From an uncultured Gammaproteobacteria bacterium (GTDB taxonomy: Bacteria > Cyanobacteriota > Vampirovibrionia > LMEP-6097), in the NCBI GenBank assembly GCA_964597205.1, contig CAZQXM010000003.1:1-36998 (forward strand): 36,998 nucleotides of DNA. The letters run 5' to 3'. A program made the position numbers and the translations under genes. Below are positions 1-8,012 of the stretch, piece after piece (the first letter of the stretch is position 1; each line of letters begins with the position of its first letter). Below the pieces are notes generated by a model. That model was not told the origin of the DNA, searched no databases, and saw only the letters and a list, made by a program, of their open reading frames with translations.

Positions 1-96
1 AATATGTATACGCGCTTAGTATCAGCCATAACTCGTATATCTAATATTACACTATCTGAGCTTAGGAATGAGGGGTTTTTTACCTTATAATGAGAG

Positions 97-2001
97 TTGC
101 CTTTGCCCCTAATTCTAAGACTATTAACAATATTACCCCTGCTCTTAAGCTTAGTGCCGCTTAAAGCCCTAGCTATCTTTGCTCCACAAAAGATAAATAA
201 GGTAGTGATTGAAGGCAACCGTTATCTAAGTAGTGATGAAATCCTAAGTGTCGTAAGGTCACAACCAACAACCATCTTTAATAAGGATCTAATTCTCGAA
301 GATCTAAAAAATATTTACCAACTAGGTTATTTCGATAAAACCGGCTTGGAAGCTAGACCAGAAGAGAATCCCGACGGTACCATCGATATACATTTCGTTG
401 TCAATGAAAATCCACCTATCACCGACATAGAAATCTATGGGACCAGGACTATTGGTGAGCTTGATAGCTATGCTAATTTTAGCGATTTAATCGGTAAACC
501 AGAAAACATCAATCTACTTGGACAAAAAATTCAACTATTAGAAGCACAGTATCTAAGCCAAGGCTATATAGTTGCAAGGGTCAAAGACATTGATCTAGAT
601 AGTGATGGCACACTGAAAATCTATCTCGACGAAGGCATAATCCAAGAAATCATATACAGCGGCAATGAAAAAACTAAAAAAGGCTATCTTGATCATTTAA
701 TTACCAATACAGAGCTGAATAGCCCATATAACGAGAAAAACTTCTCCAAAGATTTCAAGAAAATCCAAGGTACCGGCTATTACTCTAATGTAAGTCGCAT
801 GGTGACACCAACTACTGATGGCAACGGTTACGTACTTGAAATTAAAGTCCAAGAAAAGCGCAACACTAATATAGGTTTAGGTGGAGGTATCAATTCCAAC
901 GCTGGACTTTTCGGCAATGTTAATTTGCAGATGGGTAATATTCGCGGACAAGGTGAAACTTTAACTATCAACGGCTTGCTTGGTTCAGGTTACGGAGCTA
1001 ACTCGGTACTTAGCAACAGTCAATTATTCAAACGCGGCAATCTTACTCAAATTAGTGCTCGCTACAATATGCCTTATTTTAGAAACAGTGATTACAATTT
1101 CGGTATCTTTAGTACCTTTAGCAAAGGTCCTAATTATTTAATCGATTTATCCGATCAGTTCAACCTTAATGCTGGAATAAACGTTGGTAAAGCACTTGAT
1201 GAGCACAACAGGCTAGGTTATTCTGCTGCCTATAACTTTATTAGTGTTGATGATGCTGACTTAGACACTGATGAAAAAAGCTATATCGATATCATTAGCA
1301 AAAACATTCAAGAGCAAGAAGGTGGAAGCATAGCTGCTGCGCGCAAGGAGGCGAGAGCTCTACGTAAAGCACAATTAGTGAGCGGGCAATATCTCTCCAA
1401 TAAATTCACTTATAGTCACATCGATGTAGATGCTCCCAGCAAACCACGCGATGGTTGGAAAACTCGGTTCGGTATCGAACCTGGACTTTCTTTTGGTGAT
1501 ATTAATAGTTTTACCAAACTTGATAGTTCTATCACTCGCTACTCAAAATTACCTTGGAATAGCACTTTAGTTTTTAATGCACGCAGTGGTTATGAATTGT
1601 TTGGTGATATTCCTCAATTCACTCAATATCGCCTTGGTGGAATGAATGGTGTTAGAGGTTACAGGCAGCTTAGTGATCTTGGCGTCGGTACCAAATTATT
1701 GATAAGTACGGCTGAAATCCGCAGTCCTTTATATAATTTGATACCAGTAATAAAATCAAATAAATTCTTAAACAATGTAGATTTTGCTTTCTTTGCCGAT
1801 GCTGGTCTTATTGGTGGCAGTTCTAGATTGAATCGTGTTAGTGATAGGCTTAACAGAGCAGCATCTGTAGGCTTTGGGCTCAGGGTGAATCTACCATTAG
1901 TCGGAGCCTTAAGAATAGATATAGGATTCCCACTCATTGAAGCCTTAACCAACAATAGCAGCTTCTTCCGCTTGAATTTCGGTGCAGCAGATCAGTATTA
2001 A
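97..2001 (+). CDS. bamA: Omp85/BamA-family outer membrane protein assembly factor (POTRA repeats plus C-terminal surface-antigen beta-barrel)
   Basis: 634-aa ORF with TTG start. N-terminal signal peptide (MPLPLILRLLTILPLLLSLVPLKALA), POTRA-like repeats (KINKVVIEGNRYLSSDEI; ITDIEIYGT). C-terminal barrel motifs (YRLGGMNGVRGY; FFADAG; GFGLRV) are typical of the Omp85/D15 family. Confidence 0.8.
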   Translation: MPLPLILRLLTILPLLLSLVPLKALAIFAPQKINKVVIEGNRYLSSDEILSVVRSQPTTIFNKDLILEDLKNIYQLGYFDKTGLEARPEENPDGTIDIHFVVNENPPITDIEIYGTRTIGELDSYANFSDLIGKPENINLLGQKIQLLEAQYLSQGYIVARVKDIDLDSDGTLKIYLDEGIIQEIIYSGNEKTKKGYLDHLITNTELNSPYNEKNFSKDFKKIQGTGYYSNVSRMVTPTTDGNGYVLEIKVQEKRNTNIGLGGGINSNAGLFGNVNLQMGNIRGQGETLTINGLLGSGYGANSVLSNSQLFKRGNLTQISARYNMPYFRNSDYNFGIFSTFSKGPNYLIDLSDQFNLNAGINVGKALDEHNRLGYSAAYNFISVDDADLDTDEKSYIDIISKNIQEQEGGSIAAARKEARALRKAQLVSGQYLSNKFTYSHIDVDAPSKPRDGWKTRFGIEPGLSFGDINSFTKLDSSITRYSKLPWNSTLVFNARSGYELFGDIPQFTQYRLGGMNGVRGYRQLSDLGVGTKLLISTAEIRSPLYNLIPVIKSNKFLNNVDFAFFADAGLIGGSSRLNRVSDRLNRAASVGFGLRVNLPLVGALRIDIGFPLIEALTNNSSFFRLNFGAADQY

Positions 2002-2034
2002 GCTGATGGTGATATGCTAACATGATATACCGAT

Positions 2035-2379
2035 ATGCCTAACCAAGAAGAAATCAAAGATATACAACAAGCACAAGCTGATGCCGTTCCAGGCTCTGAA
2101 GAGAGAGTAGAACTTAGCGAAGAAGCTAGAGTCGCTTTCGCACTATATCTTGATGTGATAAGAGATGGCAAAGTAACTAAAATTGGTACATTAGTTCCAA
2201 CACTAAATATCCACAAATTAGCACGTTTAGCTGAAGTAAGCCCTAAACAAGTGGCTAAAAGTTTTGATAGGCTTAGAGTCAAGTCATTTTTAGCTAATAA
2301 TGATGAGGGTACTCTTTATATCCCTGACATCATCGCTTTTGAAGATTGGCTTAAGCTTGAAGGCGCAGCGATAGATTAA
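2035..2379 (+). CDS. hypothetical small acidic protein with a possible winged-helix/HTH segment
   Basis: 114-aa ORF immediately downstream of bamA. The segment KLARLAEVSPKQVAKSFDRLRVKSFL resembles a wHTH recognition region. No family recognised. Confidence 0.45.
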   Translation: MPNQEEIKDIQQAQADAVPGSEERVELSEEARVAFALYLDVIRDGKVTKIGTLVPTLNIHKLARLAEVSPKQVAKSFDRLRVKSFLANNDEGTLYIPDIIAFEDWLKLEGAAID

Positions 2380-2502
2380 CAGGACGATCTCTATTGTCTT
2401 ATCTCTGCGTTATTTGTTCGCTCAGCGTCCTCATTGACGCTTAAGTCAACTCCGGCGCTTCGCTCACAAATGCCTTGATCTAAGCCAATAGCAATCGTCC
2501 TG
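2380..2502. repeat. 123-bp MITE-like / long imperfect hairpin element with about 17-bp terminal inverted repeats
   Basis: CAGGACGATCTCTATTG (2380-2396) matches the reverse complement of CAATAGCAATCGTCCTG (2486-2502) at 15 of 17 positions. Inner hairpin GCGTC-CTCATT-GACGC and an internal direct repeat TTCGCTCA (about 2417 and 2460). Intergenic, no ORF. Confidence 0.35.
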
Positions 2503-2571
2503 AATTTAAACTTTACTCTTAACTCTACCTTAACCTAAATCTAGTATATCTACTTTGTCAGAGGAGATATT

Positions 2572-2850
2572 ATGGCAGTTTATTCATACATACCTTACAT
2601 TAACCCAGCAGAGAAAATGGCAGAAGCTAATACCCTAGTTTCTCAGTCACAAGCAGACAACTCATTTGCTGAACAATTATTACAATTAGCTATTCTCGGT
2701 CATGGTGACCAAGATGCGGCTCGCCAACTACTTGCTACAGTACGCGCGCTTATGGGCGAATCTCGCGTAAATCAAGAGTTTTGGAATGAGCAAGCTAAAC
2801 AAGATACTCAATCTTTCAAAAAAGACAACGAGCTTGTCAAAAGCAACTAA
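2572..2850 (+). CDS. hypothetical protein
   Basis: 92-aa ORF preceded by a good RBS (GAGGAGATATT-ATG). Followed 10 nt later by the next ORF. No recognisable family. Confidence 0.5.
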   Translation: MAVYSYIPYINPAEKMAEANTLVSQSQADNSFAEQLLQLAILGHGDQDAARQLLATVRALMGESRVNQEFWNEQAKQDTQSFKKDNELVKSN

Positions 2851-2860
2851 AGGTTAAACT

Positions 2861-3337
2861 ATGTCACTAAAAGCAAACAGTCCAGCGGAAGCGAACTATA
2901 TAGATTGGGTACTACAACAAGGTTTCCAGAATGACGCCACTAGAGAAATGGCGGCGGCGAACTTCCAAGATATATACAACCTTACTCGCCGTACCGGTGA
3001 TGTTGAAGTGCGTATGAGCAAAATTAAATATAGAGCTCAAGGCGTTGGCGGCATGATTGGTATTGCTGCTGGTGCTATGGGTGGTCCTTTAGGCTCAGTG
3101 ATTGGTTTTGGCATCGGTAGATCAGTAGGCTCATTCCTAGGTAATGGTATGGCTAAAAAATACTATGGTGCTGAACAAATGGCGATCAATGAGAATTTAT
3201 ATCTAGCTCGCCAGCGTGATTCTCAACTTAAATATTTAGTAGGGTTGCAAGGTAGTCTAGGAGAGTACATTGGTACACTTAGACAAAACCAAATCAAGCA
3301 GGACGAGAAAGTCTTGCAAGATATGATAGTACTTTAA
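2861..3337 (+). CDS. hypothetical glycine-zipper membrane protein
   Basis: 158-aa ORF. The central GVGGMIGIAAGAMGGPLGSVIGFGIGRSVGSFLGNG is a GxxxG/glycine-zipper transmembrane hairpin motif, flanked by a helical polar C-terminus. Confidence 0.55.
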   Translation: MSLKANSPAEANYIDWVLQQGFQNDATREMAAANFQDIYNLTRRTGDVEVRMSKIKYRAQGVGGMIGIAAGAMGGPLGSVIGFGIGRSVGSFLGNGMAKKYYGAEQMAINENLYLARQRDSQLKYLVGLQGSLGEYIGTLRQNQIKQDEKVLQDMIVL

Positions 3338-3801
3338 TAGTTAATAGGCTGATTCAAAGCATCAACCGGACCAAGATAGTCCTTGCGCAACGGATGTCCA
3401 TCCCAATTATCCGGGTTCAGTATACGTGTCAAATTAGGATGCCCATCAAAATTGAGACCTATCATGTCGTAGGCTTCACGCTCTTGCCAGTTAGCAGAAG
3501 CAAAAAGATCGCATAGGCTTGGAATAGTTGGATCAGACTTAGCTACTGTGACTTTTAGCTCAACAGCAGCATTGTTAGTAATATTACTAAAATAGTAAGC
3601 TGCTTGGTAACCTGATTTAACTTCAAGAGCTGTAATAAAATTCAGCACCATGCCTTTTTCTTTTTTAAGTTTGCCAGCGGCAGTAGTTAAATCCTTCGCT
3701 TCAATATTTAGCACCTCTACTCCACTAGCCATAGTCGCTGTAGATTTAACAGCAATTCCAGCTGCCGTTAATAAAGCTCCATATACATTAGTTTCTGTCA
3801 T
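3334..3801 (-). CDS. nuoC: NADH-quinone oxidoreductase subunit C (NdhJ/NuoC, 30-kDa subunit)
   Basis: 155 aa. The C-terminal motif NWQEREAYDMIGLNFDGHPNLTRILNPDNWDGHPLRKDY is diagnostic for complex I subunit C. Lies 1 nt downstream of nuoB. Confidence 0.85.
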   Translation of the reverse strand: MTETNVYGALLTAAGIAVKSTATMASGVEVLNIEAKDLTTAAGKLKKEKGMVLNFITALEVKSGYQAAYYFSNITNNAAVELKVTVAKSDPTIPSLCDLFASANWQEREAYDMIGLNFDGHPNLTRILNPDNWDGHPLRKDYLGPVDALNQPINY

Positions 3802-3802
3802 A

Positions 3803-4423
3803 TTAGTTAAGTATTAATCCTGTTAGCTCATCGACATCATGAACAGCTTTATCATGCGCTGCAGAAATAGCCCTACGATTAGCTAGTTTTTCGCGGCGAA
3901 TCTTACGCTGCAAAGTAAATAATCCATGTAAAAGACCCTCGGGACGCGGCGGACAGCCAGGTACATAAACATCCACTGGAATAATCCTATCAACACCCTG
4001 CACAACAGAGTAACTATCATGGAACATGCCACCAGTAATAGTGCAAGCACCCATAGCAATTACATACTTAGGTTCAGGCAATTGTTGATAAAGTCTCACT
4101 AAGGCTGGAGCCATTTTACGAGTGATGGTACCAGCTGTAATAATCAGATCGGCTTGTCTTGGAGTTGCTCTAAAAACCTCAGATCCGAATCTAGAAATAT
4201 CAAAACGTGACATACCGACTGACATCATCTCGATAGCACAGCAAGAAGTACCGTAAGTTAGAGGCCAAACACTATTAGATCTAGCCCAGTTATATATAGA
4301 ATCTAAGAATCCACCAACAGTAGTTATAACCAAATTGCTTTTAAGATCATCAGGTATATCAAGATCCTTGCGCTCAGGGAGCCTGACCATATTAGCTGAA
4401 AATAACTCTTCGATATTCGCCAT
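3803..4423 (-). CDS. nuoB: NADH-quinone oxidoreductase subunit B (NdhK/NuoB, 20-kDa Fe-S N2 subunit)
   Basis: 206 aa. Contains [54 protein letters not shown] and [11 protein letters not shown], the four Cys ligands of cluster N2. The sequence is closer to cyanobacterial NdhK than to E. coli NuoB, from memory. Confidence 0.9.
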   Translation of the reverse strand: MANIEELFSANMVRLPERKDLDIPDDLKSNLVITTVGGFLDSIYNWARSNSVWPLTYGTSCCAIEMMSVGMSRFDISRFGSEVFRATPRQADLIITAGTITRKMAPALVRLYQQLPEPKYVIAMGACTITGGMFHDSYSVVQGVDRIIPVDVYVPGCPPRPEGLLHGLFTLQRKIRREKLANRRAISAAHDKAVHDVDELTGLILN

Positions 4424-4485
4424 AAATTGATTATATCAGCATATCTGAACCTGAAAAGCCCCTGCTTTAGCTACAATAGAAGCCT

Positions 4486-7350
4486 GTGAGCCAGCCCCAC
4501 AATTTACTACTAATCGACGGCAGCAACCTAGCCTTTAGGATGTTTTTTGCCCTCGAGATGAGCAATTTAAGAAATGCCAAGGGTGAACCAACTTGGGCAG
4601 TTTATGGAACACTCAAAGCTTTATTTGATTGCATAGAAAAAGCGCAACCTACAGCAATCGCAGTTGCTTTCGATTTACCCCAGCCTTCATTTCGCCACGA
4701 ATTGTTTGAAGCTTATAAAGCTAATCGACCAGACGAGATGCCAGATGATCTTAAACTACAGTGGCCGTTAATTAAAAACTTATTTAGATGTTTGCATATC
4801 CCAGTTATAGAAGAGCCCGGTTATGAAGCTGATGATGTGATTGGTATCATGGCGCGCAAAGCAGAAAATCAAGGCTATAACGTGGTGATACTTTCTGGTG
4901 ATAAAGATCTTTTCCAATTAGTCACTGATAAAGTTTCAATGGCTGTTCCGCAACGCGGTGGCGGACTCAAAATCATGGGACCAGCCGATGTCGTAGAAAA
5001 TCTTGGCGTGACGCCAGTACAAGTTCCTGACTATAAAGGCATTGCCGGAGATAGTTCTGACAATATACCAGGCGTTAAAGGCTTGGGTCCCAAAGCAGCA
5101 ATTAACCTCTTGACTGAGTACGGCAGCCTTGAAGGGATCTACGCCAATATAGATAAAGTAGGTCCGCCTAAAACCAAAGAAAAATTAGTAGAACAAGAAG
5201 CCAATGCTAGGCTCTCTAAACATATAGCAACCATCATCACTGACGAAGCTCAGATTAGCAACAATCCTCATCTTGGTCTTGAAGCTTGTCACCTTGAAGT
5301 GCCCGAGACTGGTGCTCTTGTCGAGTTCCTTAAAGACATGGAATTCACTAGTATACTCAAAAGATTACCAGCAGTATTGAAGCCTTTTAACAATGGCAAA
5401 ATGGTGCAAGTAGATGTCGGCGAAATAGACGAACCTACTAAACAAGAAGATCCAGCTAAACCCATCTTCAAACAAATTCAAAATCCTACTATCGAAGAAC
5501 TTGATAAGCCACTTGAAGATTTAGTGGTTAAACCTTTTATAGTTAGAGACAAAGTCACCCTAAATCTAATGCTTAAAGAACTTAATAAGGTAGAGCGTTA
5601 TGCTATAGACCTTGAAACTACCGGGCTTAACACTCTTAATTGTGAGATAGTCGGCATAGCTCTAGCTTATCAATACAATTCCGAACTCAAAACTTTTTAT
5701 ATACCAACAATGCTAGCTAGTGCTCCAGAATTCACTATTAATGAGATCTTGGTAGAAATCAAGCCTTTATTAGAAGATAAATCGAAATTACAAATCATTC
5801 AAAACGCTAAATTTGAGAAGCGTATTTTTAGACGCTATGGTATTAAAACTCATAGTAATTTCTATGACACCATGCTTGCTAGCTATGTAGAGGATCCTAG
5901 TAATAGACATGGACTGAAAGCACAAGCTAAAAGAGTTTTCAAATGGCGCATGACCGAGATTGAAGAATTAATCGGCACTGGACGTAAACAAATCACTATC
6001 AATGAAGCTCCTTTAAGTGATGTTGCCGAGTACGCTGCTGCTGACGCTTATGTAACTTACAAGCTCTATGACTATTATGAAAACAGCTTAGATAAAAATG
6101 GTAAAGAGCTGCTTAAACACATAGAATTTCCTCTAGTTGACGTGCTGGTAGATATAGAGAATAGCGGTGTCTCACTAGATGTGGAGCATTTCTCTAAGTT
6201 GAGCGTGGAGCTTAAAAACAAGATACACGAACTAGAGCAAGAGATCTACAAGCTCTCAGGCACTGAGTTCAACGTATCATCACCAAAGCAATTAAGCAGT
6301 ATTTTATTCGATGAGATGAATATAGCTCCAGTGGGCAAGAAAAATAAAACTGGTGCTTATTCTACTGACATAGGTACTCTTGAAACTCTGCTTACCGAAT
6401 ATAAATTAGATACTAAGCAAAAAAGTTTCATCAATTGCATTATCGAATACCGCACTTTAAGCAAGCTAAGCTCTACCTACGTAGAGACTCTGCCGAATCT
6501 CATCGCTAAAGAAACCAATCGCCTGCATAGTGATTTTAATCAAGTGGTCACAGCGACCGGGCGCCTAAGTTCTAGTAATCCTAATTTACAAAACATTCCT
6601 ATTAGGGATAAATACGGACGTGAGATTAGACGCGGCTTCATAGCCAAAGATACCAAACATAGTTTAATTTGTGCGGACTACTCACAGATAGAGCTGCGAA
6701 TACTAGCGCATATGGCTAATGAGAAAGCACTAATAGAAGCCTTCCTTAATAAGCAAGATATTCACAAGCGCACAGCGATGGAGATACTAGGCAAGACTGA
6801 AGATGAGGTCACAGAAGATGATCGCAGATTAGGCAAAACACTTAATTTCGCTCTCATTTATATGCAAGGTCCTTTCGCCACAGCTAAGCAACTGGGTATC
6901 AGCATGGGTGAAGCGAGAGACTTCATTAAAAAATATTTCGCTGCTTTCCCTAATATTCAACCATTTATGGACAAGATACTAGCTGGGGCACACGAGGACG
7001 GTTACGTAGAAACTATTTTCGGCAGAAGAAGATATTTCAAAAATATCAATAGTCCTAACAAGATGCTACAAAAAGAAGAAGAAAGACAAGCCTTCAACAC
7101 TCCATTACAAGGGACAGCCGCTGACATCATCAAGAAAGCCATGATAGATCTCTATAGCAGTCTAGAATGGCAGTATCCAGAGGCTAAGATCATATTGCAA
7201 GTACACGATGAACTTATAATTGAATGTCCTACTGAGATTGCTAGCACTGTAGCTGCGCATGTGCAAGAAAAAATGCAAAACGTAATTAAACTTAAAGTCC
7301 CACTAACTGTGGATCTAGCTATTGGCCAGAACTGGCTGGATGCAGCTTAG
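4486..7350 (+). CDS. polA: DNA polymerase I (5'-3' exonuclease, 3'-5' exonuclease-like and family A polymerase domains)
   Basis: 954 aa with GTG start. N-terminal LLLIDGSNLAFR and GYEADDVIG/SGDKDLFQL (FEN domain). DLETTGL (exo I). Pol motifs RLHSDFNQVVTATGRLSSSNPNLQNIP, DYSQIELRILAH, QVHDELI. Confidence 0.95.
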   Translation: MSQPHNLLLIDGSNLAFRMFFALEMSNLRNAKGEPTWAVYGTLKALFDCIEKAQPTAIAVAFDLPQPSFRHELFEAYKANRPDEMPDDLKLQWPLIKNLFRCLHIPVIEEPGYEADDVIGIMARKAENQGYNVVILSGDKDLFQLVTDKVSMAVPQRGGGLKIMGPADVVENLGVTPVQVPDYKGIAGDSSDNIPGVKGLGPKAAINLLTEYGSLEGIYANIDKVGPPKTKEKLVEQEANARLSKHIATIITDEAQISNNPHLGLEACHLEVPETGALVEFLKDMEFTSILKRLPAVLKPFNNGKMVQVDVGEIDEPTKQEDPAKPIFKQIQNPTIEELDKPLEDLVVKPFIVRDKVTLNLMLKELNKVERYAIDLETTGLNTLNCEIVGIALAYQYNSELKTFYIPTMLASAPEFTINEILVEIKPLLEDKSKLQIIQNAKFEKRIFRRYGIKTHSNFYDTMLASYVEDPSNRHGLKAQAKRVFKWRMTEIEELIGTGRKQITINEAPLSDVAEYAAADAYVTYKLYDYYENSLDKNGKELLKHIEFPLVDVLVDIENSGVSLDVEHFSKLSVELKNKIHELEQEIYKLSGTEFNVSSPKQLSSILFDEMNIAPVGKKNKTGAYSTDIGTLETLLTEYKLDTKQKSFINCIIEYRTLSKLSSTYVETLPNLIAKETNRLHSDFNQVVTATGRLSSSNPNLQNIPIRDKYGREIRRGFIAKDTKHSLICADYSQIELRILAHMANEKALIEAFLNKQDIHKRTAMEILGKTEDEVTEDDRRLGKTLNFALIYMQGPFATAKQLGISMGEARDFIKKYFAAFPNIQPFMDKILAGAHEDGYVETIFGRRRYFKNINSPNKMLQKEEERQAFNTPLQGTAADIIKKAMIDLYSSLEWQYPEAKIILQVHDELIIECPTEIASTVAAHVQEKMQNVIKLKVPLTVDLAIGQNWLDAA

Positions 7351-7940
7351 AAACCTTTGCTGACAAAATCAGAGGCTTTAACATTGCTGATGAATTGCTT
7401 AAACTCCCAGTCATCAATCAACTCATCACCTTCTTCTTCAGTCCTAAAAGCAACATCTCCATCTGGAGTAAAGAAGGTTTCGAAAAGATCTTCATCCTCT
7501 TCTTCAGCGATCTCGTAAGCTTGAGCAGTGAACTCAGGGTTAAGATCTTCAAGTATAGTTTCAGCTACAAAAATCGGTGCTTCACAGCGAAGAGCAAGCG
7601 CAATAGCATCACTTGGTCTGGCATCAACAACGGTAGTGTTTTGCTTAGCATCGATCATCATGATAGATGCGAAAAAGGTAGTGTCTTCAAAAGAATTAAT
7701 CTCAACAGAATCAATCACAGTTCCCATAGATTCCATCATCTCAATCATCAGATCATGAGTCATTGGTCTTTCCATCTCCAGCCCTTCAAGTCCTCTAGCT
7801 ATCGCTTGCGCTTCAGCTTGTCCTATCCAGATTGGAAGTGTGTATTTGCGTTCTTCGTCATGGAGTATTACTAGAGGTATATCAGACCTCACATCAAGCG
7901 CAACTCCAGTAACGAACATTTCTATCATGAGCTTTTCCAC
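7347..7940 (-). CDS. bifunctional nuclease (DUF151/BFN) domain protein with acidic C-terminal tail
   Basis: 197 aa. LVILHDEERKYTLPIWIGQAEAQAIA...RPMTHDL...DARPSDAIALALRCEAPIFV matches the BFN/DUF151 family pattern. Its stop codon overlaps the polA stop (TTAG). Confidence 0.7.
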   Translation of the reverse strand: MEKLMIEMFVTGVALDVRSDIPLVILHDEERKYTLPIWIGQAEAQAIARGLEGLEMERPMTHDLMIEMMESMGTVIDSVEINSFEDTTFFASIMMIDAKQNTTVVDARPSDAIALALRCEAPIFVAETILEDLNPEFTAQAYEIAEEEDEDLFETFFTPDGDVAFRTEEEGDELIDDWEFKQFISNVKASDFVSKGF

Positions 7941-8012
7941 TTGAAATATTTATACCCAAATGCGCTCTAGTACTAAGACTTGGAACTAAACTATATGATG
8001 TATATCTATTTG

